Assembly: GCF_905220165.1 (NCBI RefSeq)
Contig: NZ_CAJMYW010000006.1
Location: 253,427 to 277,426 of the forward strand
Reading direction: 5' to 3'
Source of the DNA: Paraburkholderia sp. J10-1
GTDB lineage: Bacteria > Pseudomonadota > Gammaproteobacteria > Burkholderiales > Burkholderiaceae
DNA length: 24,000 nt
Positions 8,299 to 15,963 of this stretch are shown here, piece after piece; position 1 is the stretch's first letter; each line of letters opens with the position of its first letter. Under the pieces are notes generated by a model. The model had not been told where the DNA came from, did no database searches, and saw only the letters and a program-made list of their open reading frames with translations. Made by a program: the position numbers and the translations under genes.

Positions 8299-8475
8299 AT
8301 TGCTTGTTCTCGCTGGGTATTTTGACGGACATTCTGGCCGCCAGTTTTCCAAATGTCCAGCCTTTTGTGTGAGGTGAGAATTCCCGGGAGCCGTTACCCG
8401 TGTGCATCGGAGAGGAAATCACCCGGGAGGCATCCCCGGCAAAGATCCGCACGGGGGTAAGCTGTGGCTTCGTTA

Positions 8476-8495
8476 TACTGTGTTTTTATACAGTA
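8476..8495. promoter_or_regulatory. LexA (SOS) box, CTGT-N8-ACAG type
   Basis: tactgtgtttttatacagta is a perfect palindrome matching the TACTG-N10-CAGTA consensus of beta/gamma-proteobacteria. It ends 13 nt before the ATG at 8508 and overlaps TATACT/TATACA -10-like hexamers. Confidence 0.6.
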
Positions 8496-8507
8496 TTTCC
8501 GGTTTCC

Positions 8508-8789
8508 ATGCCACATCGCCCACCCCTTACCGCCGAGCGTCTGGCGCAGATCTGGGACGAGCACCCCGAGCCGGTCGTGCTCGCACTGCTCTGGGAAATC
8601 CACCGGATGCGCGCCACGATCTCGCGCGCGAACCAGATCCGTGTGTTTCTTTCACCGAACGGGTCAGGCGTGATACCCGGCTCGGTCTGGCAGTGCTTCG
8701 AGTGCGAACTCGATGCCGAGCCCTGCCTGACCGACAGGCCCACCAAGCGTCAGCAGGCGGTTGTCGACCGGATTGTGGGGCGGAGGTAG
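8508..8789 (+). CDS. Hypothetical protein (93 aa), putatively SOS-regulated
   Basis: The ATG at 8508 is in frame within the ORF-track ORF 8400-8789. The part upstream holds the LexA box, so I trimmed it. Sequence MPHRPPLTAERLAQIWDEHPEPVVLALLWEIHRM...; no SD, so possibly a short leader or leaderless. Confidence 0.55.
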   Translation: MPHRPPLTAERLAQIWDEHPEPVVLALLWEIHRMRATISRANQIRVFLSPNGSGVIPGSVWQCFECELDAEPCLTDRPTKRQQAVVDRIVGRR

Positions 8790-8808
8790 CGCTGCCCTGC
8801 AGGACTGG

Positions 8809-9609
8809 TCAGCCGAGCCATTGCGCAATGTCGGCCAGATCGAGCACCGTGAGCCGGTTGCCGAGGTAGCGGTACACCGCGCCCGTGTCGATGTTGATCA
8901 CATTGCCATGCCGGCGGATCTCGCGATGCGGGGTATGCCCGACGATCACGGCACGGATCCCCTCGATGCGTTCGGGTACGTGAGCGCCCGTCCAGCGGCT
9001 GCGATCCCACAGCACGGTCTCGCGTACCGCGCTGGATCGATGCGCCTGCTGGGTACGCGTCACGTCCGGCCACTGCGCGCCGGGCACTTCGGCGTGCACG
9101 ATGCCGATCAGGCCGTGCAGGGTTTCGACCTCGATCGCGTAGGGCAGCGCGGAGAAGTAGCTCACGATTTCGCGGGCCCTCACCGCGCTGTCTTCGGCGC
9201 AATACAGCTCAACGAACCACTCGCCGCCGTTGTACACCAGTTCGCTTGTGCGGCCATCGGCAAAGGCCCACTCCGCGAGCGCCTGGTCGGGATGGTTGCC
9301 CATGGCCTGAATGTGCACCGGGTCGATGTCTTCACGCAGCGCCCATTCGAGGATGCCCTGCTCATGGTTGCCACGCACCGCCCTGATGTCGTGATGCCGA
9401 ACGGCATCGAGTACGGCGGGAGACTCCGCGCCACGATCAATCAGGTCTCCTACACTAAAGAGGCGATCGCGTGCAAGATCGAACCCGCGAGCGGCGAGCT
9501 CGGCGTCAAGCATTGAAAAGCAGCCGTGAACGTCACCCACCACGAAGTCCCGGCCATGGGTATTGAGCGCGTACCGCTGGACAGGCTCACGAAGGTCCGT
9601 ATCGGGCAC
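8809..9609 (-). CDS. Ser/Thr protein phosphatase, PPP/metallophosphoesterase family (PrpA/lambda-phosphatase-like)
   Basis: The motifs GDVHG, GDLIDRG, GNHE and VGHTP appear in canonical order and spacing. GTG start at 9609; 266 aa. Confidence 0.9.
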   Translation of the reverse strand: MPDTDLREPVQRYALNTHGRDFVVGDVHGCFSMLDAELAARGFDLARDRLFSVGDLIDRGAESPAVLDAVRHHDIRAVRGNHEQGILEWALREDIDPVHIQAMGNHPDQALAEWAFADGRTSELVYNGGEWFVELYCAEDSAVRAREIVSYFSALPYAIEVETLHGLIGIVHAEVPGAQWPDVTRTQQAHRSSAVRETVLWDRSRWTGAHVPERIEGIRAVIVGHTPHREIRRHGNVINIDTGAVYRYLGNRLTVLDLADIAQWLG

Positions 9610-9979
9610 GTGCAGTCTTCTGCGCGCCGGTTTCGCAGGCCCGGTATCGGGCTGGGAACATGCGATGCCGGCGCCGCCTCACGCGGGCTGCGGGCGAGCG
9701 CAGGCATGCCGCCTGGCACGGGCCGAGCCTCCAGCCCGAAGCGGCTCACGATGCGGTTAAGCGATTCGATCGAGGCGTCGCCACCCCGTTCCAGATCCTG
9801 AATGGTCCGCACGCTCACGCCCCGATGCGCAGCAAACGCGGCCTGTGTCATGCCGACATCCCGCGCATCGGCCTCGCGGCATCCTGCAGCGTGAGTTCGC
9901 CCAGGTCGAGCCGTTCATAGAAGGCCCGGCGCAGTGCGTTGGTTTCCTCGCGGGAGCGTTCACGATGGTTGCAGCTCAT
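9450..9979 (-). pseudogene. XRE-type HTH regulator split by a frameshift into two ATGA-overlapping ORFs
   Basis: ORF A (9979-9848) reads MSCNHRERSREETNALRRAFYERLDLGELTLQDAARPMRGMSA*. ORF B (9851 downward) reads MTQAAFAAHRGVSVRTIQDLERGGDASIESLNRIVSRFGLE. Joined, they form one HTH domain (helix 1 in A, helices 2-3 in B). The ORF B tail runs 160 nt into the phosphatase gene and is probably not genuine coding. Confidence 0.55.
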
Positions 9980-10155
9980 ACGGGGAAACTATAAAGGATA
10001 CCTTTGCCCTACTCCGCATCAGGCACTGTGGCCGTCGGCTTCAGCCGCAATGGGAAATAAGGTTGTCTCTCTCAAACAGGCAAGGTCCGCAGGGGCCGCG
10101 TCAGGCCGAAGGCAAGGCCGGGGAGCGGTGGGCATACCCCGGCACCGCGACAGCG

Positions 10156-10184
10156 GCTATCCACACCCGTGTGGTGTGGATAGC
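10156..10184. promoter_or_regulatory. 11-bp perfect inverted repeat containing two DnaA-box-like nonamers
   Basis: gctatccacac (10156-10166) pairs with gtgtggatagc (10174-10184). CTATCCACA matches the TTATCCACA DnaA box at 8 of 9 positions on each strand. Confidence 0.4.
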
Positions 10185-10305
10185 GGGGTTGTCCACGGCG
10201 GGCGGGAATAGCAGCAGGCCTTTGCGGACCATTCTTTTCGACGGCTCCTATTCGACGTCGTGCAGACCGTTTGGGACGCTGAAGTCTCACGGGAGACTTC
10301 ACTAC

Positions 10306-10380
10306 GAAACATTGCGAATTAAACGGCAATATTGCGCAACGATACGGAACATTGAGATTCGATAGAAAATATTACTCATA
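10306..10380. repeat. Four direct repeats with exact 20-bp phasing in an AT-rich block next to the putative nic site
   Basis: aacATTGCGaa (ATTG at 10311), aatATTGCGca (10331), aacATTGAGat (10351), aatATTACTca (10371). Confidence 0.6.
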
Positions 10381-10428
10381 ATTTAAAGTTACCGACAAGC
10401 AATCGAATCAACGATATTCTTTTTAATA

Positions 10429-10475
10429 CAGGATGGCCCTTGTCACACACATGCTGCCGCATGTGGAGTCAAGGG
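10429..10475 (-). other. Candidate oriT core: RP4-type nick sequence plus adjacent inverted repeat
   Basis: The minus strand reads CCCTTGactcCACATGCggcaGCATGTGtgtgaCAAGGG-CCATCCTG|TATT. The YATCCTG|Y core comes exactly 8 nt after a two-block inverted repeat (10437-10475). It lies on the strand opposite the TraJ/TraI-like genes and 186 nt upstream of them, as in RP4. Confidence 0.5.
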
Positions 10476-10614
10476 ACGCCGGCCCGTTCGGCGCTGCGCT
10501 TCTCACAATCTGGCTCATCCCATCCTGCCGGGGGCTTAGCGTGCCCCGGGTTGCTCCGTGCCGATGCTTTCCTGATTTCCATGAACATCTGTCGCATGTC
10601 CAACTGGAGAAAAA

Positions 10615-10935
10615 ATGCCATTTCAGAAATCAGCTGTGGAGCCGCTGGATGCGGTTATCAATGTTCGTCTGACTGTGTCCGAGAAAGTCAGGCTGCAGGA
10701 AGATGCCGACTTTGCGGGAATCAGTATGTCGGCGCTGGTGCGACGACGTTATTTTGGCCGGCCAATTATTGCCAACGCGGACGTCGTGACGATCAAGGAG
10801 TTGCGTCGGCTTGGAGGTCAGCTGAAACACATTCATAACGAGAGCGGTGGTGCTCACAGTCAGGCAACAGCAGGAGCGCTCCGCGCCGTGACGGCCTACA
10901 TCGAGAGATTGAGCTGTGATCGGCAAAAAGGTTAA
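10615..10935 (+). CDS. Relaxosome accessory protein, MobC/TraJ-like ribbon-helix-helix
   Basis: INVRLTVSEKVRLQEDADFAGISMSALVRRRYFG....VVTIKELRRLGGQLK parallels RP4 TraJ IKVYCLPDERRAIEEKAAAAGMSLSAYLL...ELARINGDLGRLGGLLK. The ATG is preceded by tggaga. Confidence 0.8.
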   Translation: MPFQKSAVEPLDAVINVRLTVSEKVRLQEDADFAGISMSALVRRRYFGRPIIANADVVTIKELRRLGGQLKHIHNESGGAHSQATAGALRAVTAYIERLSCDRQKG

Positions 10936-12577
10936 GAATCCGCGGAAATCTGCCTCCAAAGCCACCCGTATCTACACGCTTGTCGCCTATGTGCGCTGCC
11001 CGGAGACCAAAGGTGGAAGCGAAAAATGTAGCTACGCTGGTGCACGCGGGTTCCTGACGGATGCTCCTGAGAGCCAGACAGCTGAGATGCTGGCGTTGTC
11101 GCAGGAGGCCGTGCGGAGCGCGGACACCATCAGCCACTATGTGCTGAGCTGGCAGGAAGGCGAACATCCCAGCCCGGAGCAGGTGGAGGAGGCCGTCGGC
11201 CTTTTCATGGACAAACTTGGGCTGAAGGGCCATCAGGTCATCTACGCGCTTCATACCGACACCGACAATATCCACCTGCATCTGGTGGTCAACCGGGTGC
11301 ACCCGGACCATCTGAAGGTCATAAAACCCAATCGCGGGTTTGACATTGAGGCCGTGCATGAGGCGGTCGCCATCATTGAAAATCGACAGGGCTGGCGCCG
11401 TGAGCACAACGGGCGGTATCAGGTGCTTGCCGAAGGGGTCCGGCGGACACGCCCAGACTCGGACCGGCGACAACAACCAGACCAACTGAGTTGCGGCATG
11501 GAGCATCGAACCGGCGAAAAGTCGGCCGAGCGCATTGCGATCGAGGAGGCGGCGCCCATTATCCGTCGCGCGACCGGCTGGCAGGATCTGCACCAGCAGT
11601 TGGCCGATTTGGGCATGAGATACGAGAAAACCGGAAGCGGCGCTACCCTCTTCGTCGGTGACATCGGGGTGAAGGCCAGCCGCGCTGACCGTAGTGCGAG
11701 TCTCATCCAATTGCAAAAGCGGCTCGGTGCCTACGAGCCCTCCTCCGAACTTCAGCAGATCGCCGCGCGAGTACCACTGCCGGTCACGGCGGACGAGCCG
11801 GGTTGGGAGCGCTACATCGCGGACCGGAAAGCCCATCATGCTGCCAGGGTGGCCGCCATGGCTCTGCAGAAACAGCGTCAGGACGCCGAGCGTATGCAAT
11901 TGGCCGGGCGTCAGAAAGTGCGGAGGGAAGCGACTCTGAAGGGAGACTGGAAAGGCTGGGGCGCGCTTCGAAACGCCGCGCAAAGCATGCTTGCCGCTGA
12001 ACAGGCGGCGGAGAAAGCTGCCCTGAAGGAGCGTCACAAACGGGAGCGTCAGCGATTACGTGATCAGTATCGACCTTTTCCGGATCTGGCCGTATGGCAA
12101 ACGCAGTACGGTCTTAGAGATTCCGTGAACCAACGATGGCAGTCCGCAGGCAAGATACCGCGGATTGAGGGCGACGAGTCCGAGTCGCCGACGCCGCGCG
12201 ACATTCGTGCCTATGTGCCGGAAGTGCACGGTCAGCAGGTGCACTACATCCGGATTGGCACGGGCGAACTGGCTGGACGCGCTGCGTTTGTGGACAAGGG
12301 GCGAGAGATCGACATCCACGATTGGCGTGACTACGATAGCCTGCTTGCCGCCTTGCAGTTGGCCGCTCAGAAGTGGGGCAGCTTTCGGGTGATCGGCAAT
12401 GACGAATACAAAACCATGTGCGTCAGGCTGGCCGCGGAGCATGGTTTCCGCGTCAGCAATCCAGAACTCGCGGAGCGTATTCGGCAGGAGCGACTGTGGA
12501 TACGCCGGGAGCGGGTGCTGGAAACGACATCGGTTCAACTCCAGCAGGTCGAGGCTGATGGGCCCGGGACGGGGTGA
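10916..12577 (+). CDS. MOBP-type conjugative relaxase (RP4 TraI-like N-terminal nuclease domain)
   Basis: The N-terminus MIGKKVKN...ATRIYTLVAYV carries the candidate catalytic Tyr. HYVLSWQEGEHPS and HTDTDNIHLHLVVNRVHP (the HxDx..HxH histidine triad) match RP4 TraI YHLLVSFRAGEKP and HHDTDNLHIHIAINKIHP. The GTG start overlaps the end of the accessory gene. Confidence 0.92.
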   Translation: MIGKKVKNPRKSASKATRIYTLVAYVRCPETKGGSEKCSYAGARGFLTDAPESQTAEMLALSQEAVRSADTISHYVLSWQEGEHPSPEQVEEAVGLFMDKLGLKGHQVIYALHTDTDNIHLHLVVNRVHPDHLKVIKPNRGFDIEAVHEAVAIIENRQGWRREHNGRYQVLAEGVRRTRPDSDRRQQPDQLSCGMEHRTGEKSAERIAIEEAAPIIRRATGWQDLHQQLADLGMRYEKTGSGATLFVGDIGVKASRADRSASLIQLQKRLGAYEPSSELQQIAARVPLPVTADEPGWERYIADRKAHHAARVAAMALQKQRQDAERMQLAGRQKVRREATLKGDWKGWGALRNAAQSMLAAEQAAEKAALKERHKRERQRLRDQYRPFPDLAVWQTQYGLRDSVNQRWQSAGKIPRIEGDESESPTPRDIRAYVPEVHGQQVHYIRIGTGELAGRAAFVDKGREIDIHDWRDYDSLLAALQLAAQKWGSFRVIGNDEYKTMCVRLAAEHGFRVSNPELAERIRQERLWIRRERVLETTSVQLQQVEADGPGTG

Positions 12578-12752
12578 TGCGAACTGATTGGGGCCCGGTG
12601 CGCTCCGTCATTTGCGACCGTCGTGCTCCTAGGTGCCGATGTCGGTCGGTTACAGGCAACCCCCAGCTTGCCGACACCACCTATTCCATCATCTATAAAA
12701 GGTTGGACTAGATCAAACAGGCAGCGTCAGATCGGCTGACTCAGTTCGGTCG

Positions 12753-12910
12753 ATTGTGTTGAAAAACTCATCGAGCAAGTGTTCAGTCCGGTTTTGAGGG
12801 GTCCTCTTACCACTAACCGATGCTCACGAGCGGTTTGTGAGGCGATCTGAGAGGCCCGATTTTTCGCGAGCCGGTCCTGCTCCGCAGAGAACAGAGTTTT
12901 TCAACACAAT
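12753..12910. mobile_element. 158-bp MITE-like element bounded by perfect 17-bp terminal inverted repeats
   Basis: attgtgttgaaaaactc (12753-12769) and gagtttttcaacacaat (12894-12910) are exact reverse complements. The 124-bp interior has no ORF. I saw no obvious target-site duplication. Confidence 0.4.
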
Positions 12911-13082
12911 TGGCCATCATGGGACAATTGACCAGCGATATTGAAGGACCGGAGTCCGGCACACAGCCGACGTCGAATAGTGGGGTGTCAAGACAGTCGC
13001 GCCAGAGTCGAAGGTCCGTTCATAGCCTGAGAGCGCGTGGCTGCGCGAATCTCCCATCAGTCCAGGTGAACGTAGCCTCTAG

Positions 13083-15959
13083 CTACAGATTTTTTCCCCG
13101 TATGCGAAACAATTGGGACAAGCAATGCGCAATTACGGTGCTGACCTTGTGGTCATGCCGTCGCCCGCGTTCGTCGAGCAATTGCGAGATCGACCGAAGT
13201 GCATCGTCCAAGCAAGCGTCAAACTTTGTAATGTCCGCCCGGTGATATTCGCTGCGGGCCATTTCGAAAGCTTTCACTGCTTCCTCAAGGCGGGTCGTGC
13301 CACTCTCGCGCTCGCCCAGTCTCGAAAGTGCGTGGCCGAGGTTGCTCTGCGTCGTCGCCCAGTCCAGCGGGACGCGCTCGCGCGTGCGTTCGCTGAGCGC
13401 CGCGCGGAACGCCGACACCGCTTCTTCCAGCCGGGCCGTGCCGCTCTCGCGCTCGCCCAGCATCGTGAGCGCACCGCCGAGGTTGCTCTGCGTCGTCGCC
13501 CAGTCCAGTGGGACGCGCTCGCGCGTGCGTTCGCCGAGCGCCGCGCGGAACGCCGCCACCGCTTCTTCCAGCCGGGCCGTGCTGCTCTCGCGCTCGCCCA
13601 GGCGCAAGAGCGCGCTGCCGAGACTGTCCTGCGTCGTCGCCCAGTTGAGCGGGACGCGCTCGCGCGTGCGTTCGCCGAGCGCCGCGCGGAACGCCGCCAC
13701 CGCTTCTTCCAGCCGGGCCGTTCCGCTCTCGCGCTCGCCGAGGCGCAAGAGCGCACCGCCGAGGTTGCTCTGCGTCGCCGCCCAGTCCAGCGGGACGCGC
13801 TCCCGCGTGCGTTCGCCGAGCGCCGCGCGATACGCCGCCACCGCTTCTTCCAGCCGGGCCGTGCCGCTCTCGCGCTGGCCCAGTGTGGTGAGCGAGAGCG
13901 CGAGGTTGCTCTGCGTCGCCGCCCAGTCCAGCGGGACGCGCTCCCGCGTGCGTTCGCCGAGTGCCGCGCGGTACGCCGCCACCGCTTCTTCCAGCCGGAC
14001 CGTGCCGCTCTCGCGCTGGCCCAGGCGCAAGAGCGCACCGCCGAGGTTGTTCTGCGTCGTCGCCCAGTCCAGCGGGACGCGCTCGCGCGTGCGTTCGCCG
14101 AGTGCCGCGCGGTACGCCGCCACCGCTTCTTCCAGCCGGGCCGTGCTGCTCTCGCGCTCGCCCAGGCGCAAGAGCGCGCTGCCGAGACTGTCCTGCGTCA
14201 TCGCCCAGTCCAGCGGGACGCGCTCGCGCGTATGTTCGCCGAGCGCCGCGCGGAACGCCGCCACCGCTTCTTCCAGCCGGGCCGTGCTGCTCTCGCGCTC
14301 GCCCAGGCGCAAGAGCGCGCTGCCGAGACTGCCCTGCGTCATCGCCCAGTCCAGCGGGACGCGCTCGCGCGTGCGTTCGCCGAGCGCCGCACGATGCGCC
14401 GCCACCGCTTCTTCCAGCCGGAACGTGCCGCTCTCGCGCTCGCCCAGGCGCAAGAGCGCACCGCCGAGGTTGTTCTGCGCCCTCGCCCATTCCAGCGGAA
14501 CGCGCTCGCGCGTATGTTCGCCCAGCGCCGCGCGGTACGCCGCCACCGCTTCTTCCAGCCGGGCCGTGCCGCTCTCGCGCTGGCCCAGTGTGGTGAGCGA
14601 GAGCGCGAGGTTGTTCTGCGTCATCGCCCACTCCAGCGGAACGCGCTCGCGCGTGCGTTCGCCCAGCGCCGCGCGGAACGCCGCCACCGCTTCTTCCAGC
14701 CTGGCCGTGCCGCTCTCGCGCTGGCCCAGGCGCAAGAGCGCACCGCCGAGGTTGTTCTGCGCTCTCGCCCATTCCAGCGGAACGCGTACGTGCGTGTGTT
14801 CACACAGCGCCGCGCGGTACGCCGCAACCGCTTCTTTCAGCCGGGACGTGCCGCTCTCGCGCTGGCCCAGCATCGAGAGCGCACCGCCGAGGTTGTTCTG
14901 CGTCATCGCCCAGTCCAGCGGGACGCGCTCGCGCGTGCGTTCTCCGAGCGCCGCGCGGTACGCCGCCACCGCTTCTTCCAGCCGGGCCGTGCCGCTCTCG
15001 CGCTCGCCCAGGCGCACGAGCGCAGTGCCGAGGTTGTTCTGCGTCGTCGCCCAGTCCAGCGGGACGCGCTCGCGCGTGCGTTCGCCGAGCGCCGCACGGT
15101 ATGCCACCACCGCTTCTTCAAGCAGGGCCGTACCGCTCTCACGCTCGCCCAAGCGCGAAAGCGAGTTGCCGAGGCTGTCCTGCGTCATCGCCCAGTTAAG
15201 CGGGACGCGCTCGCGCGACGCGTCGGCGAGCGCGCGGCGGCAGCTCGCAATCGCGGCGACAAGTGCATCGTTGCGCCCGGCACGACGGCCGAAGTTGCAT
15301 AGTGCTGTTGCGGCGTCCAACGCGTATGACCAGCGCGGCTCGGGATCATCAAGGGGCGCAAGCACGCGCAAGCCCTCCTCGAACTGCGCTTGAGCGTCGG
15401 CGACGTTGCGTTGCCCCAAGGCGGCCCGGCCAAGTAGGGCACAGGTTTCGGCCTCTGACTTTAGTCCGGAGAACCACTCATCCTGGGCTTCTTTCGCCCT
15501 GCTACGCTTCTGCTCGGTGACCGCGCTCTTTCGCGCACGAATGTCGTTGAGGACGCGTGTCGCATCGTCGAACGCACCTGCATCCAGAGCAGCCACCGCC
15601 CGCCGTCGGAGTTCCGCGGTCTCCCCATCGTCACAGTTGTCACTGCCGGTCAGCGCCTGATGCATGGCGCAATACTGCGTCGCGATGGCGATCAGCGTAT
15701 CTGACCAGCGCTCCGGCGGGACATCGCCGTGCCCGGCGATGCGCAGCGTCACGCGCACCGCCTCGCGGGTCAACCCCAGTTGTTCGGCTAATTCCTTAAG
15801 TTGCGGCGTATATTGCTGGACAAGGCCATCGCGTTCCGCCTCGATGAGCCGAGCGACCTGTGCCGCGCTGAATCCGAAAACAGAAAGATTCTCGCCTTGG
15901 AGCACGTACGAACTGTCGCCAACGTCGCCGATCCGGTATTGCCGCAGCTCAGAGGGCAT
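13083..15959 (-). CDS. 958-aa repeat protein: short N-terminal shared motif, about 240-aa helical region, and 14 tandem 47-aa TPR-like repeats; no NTPase motif seen
   Basis: This is the only ORF spanning both unique flanks of the repeat array. The repeat consensus is RERVPLDWAxTQNNLGxALxRLGERESGTARLEEAVAAYRAALGERT (TPR-like helix A - turn - helix B). The ATG at 15959 lies 4 nt after the upstream gene's stop. I found no GxxxxGK[ST]. Confidence 0.9.
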   Translation of the reverse strand: MPSELRQYRIGDVGDSSYVLQGENLSVFGFSAAQVARLIEAERDGLVQQYTPQLKELAEQLGLTREAVRVTLRIAGHGDVPPERWSDTLIAIATQYCAMHQALTGSDNCDDGETAELRRRAVAALDAGAFDDATRVLNDIRARKSAVTEQKRSRAKEAQDEWFSGLKSEAETCALLGRAALGQRNVADAQAQFEEGLRVLAPLDDPEPRWSYALDAATALCNFGRRAGRNDALVAAIASCRRALADASRERVPLNWAMTQDSLGNSLSRLGERESGTALLEEAVVAYRAALGERTRERVPLDWATTQNNLGTALVRLGERESGTARLEEAVAAYRAALGERTRERVPLDWAMTQNNLGGALSMLGQRESGTSRLKEAVAAYRAALCEHTHVRVPLEWARAQNNLGGALLRLGQRESGTARLEEAVAAFRAALGERTRERVPLEWAMTQNNLALSLTTLGQRESGTARLEEAVAAYRAALGEHTRERVPLEWARAQNNLGGALLRLGERESGTFRLEEAVAAHRAALGERTRERVPLDWAMTQGSLGSALLRLGERESSTARLEEAVAAFRAALGEHTRERVPLDWAMTQDSLGSALLRLGERESSTARLEEAVAAYRAALGERTRERVPLDWATTQNNLGGALLRLGQRESGTVRLEEAVAAYRAALGERTRERVPLDWAATQSNLALSLTTLGQRESGTARLEEAVAAYRAALGERTRERVPLDWAATQSNLGGALLRLGERESGTARLEEAVAAFRAALGERTRERVPLNWATTQDSLGSALLRLGERESSTARLEEAVAAFRAALGERTRERVPLDWATTQSNLGGALTMLGERESGTARLEEAVSAFRAALSERTRERVPLDWATTQSNLGHALSRLGERESGTTRLEEAVKAFEMARSEYHRADITKFDACLDDALRSISQLLDERGRRHDHKVSTVIAHCLSQLFRIRGKNL
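13242..15215. repeat. Tandem array of 14 x 141 bp with very high copy-to-copy nucleotide identity (coding, inside the 958-aa gene)
   Basis: The period was measured directly: gtcgtcgccc occurs at 13351 and again at 13492, a spacing of 141 nt. The array corresponds to residues 249-906 of the protein. Confidence 0.95.
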
Positions 15960-15963
15960 GGCG

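Noticed and set aside
7360-8325. 321-aa plus-strand ORF antisense to the methyltransferase
   Set aside because: It is the antisense shadow of a gene with all the m5C methyltransferase motifs, and I recognised no motif in it.
8761-9516. 251-aa plus-strand ORF antisense to the phosphatase gene
   Set aside because: It is the antisense shadow of a gene carrying the GDxHG/GDxxDRG/GNHE motifs.
10521-10529. Plus-strand CATCCTGCC as the primary nic site
   Set aside because: It matches the RP4 core well. However, it lies on the same strand as the relaxase genes and has no inverted repeat in the expected place (8 nt to its 5' side). The minus-strand copy at 10429-10436 has the canonical geometry. I kept this one only as a secondary candidate.
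10793-12037. 414-aa minus-strand ORF antisense to the relaxase
   Set aside because: It is the antisense shadow of a gene with clear MOBP relaxase motifs.
12910-13245. 111-aa plus-strand ORF starting inside the MITE-like right arm
   Set aside because: It has a TTG start inside a terminal inverted repeat. It runs antisense into the 3' end of the repeat-protein gene and has Ser/Arg-rich composition.
13242-15215. Possible CRISPR array (regular repeats)
   Set aside because: The units are 141 bp, contiguous and homologous along their whole length, with no unique spacers. They lie inside a continuous ORF.
13113-15393. Very long plus-strand ORFs (729 aa, 698 aa, 211 aa) and alternative minus-frame ORFs (495 aa, 254 aa) across the repeat array
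   Set aside because: They exist only because a 141-bp unit without stops is repeated 14 times. Their products are Arg/Pro/Ala/Ser low-complexity strings (e.g. RRRPVQRDALARAFAERRAERRHRFFQPGR). They do not extend sensibly into the unique flanks. The 958-aa minus-strand frame gives a recognisable TPR-like consensus and has a coupled start.
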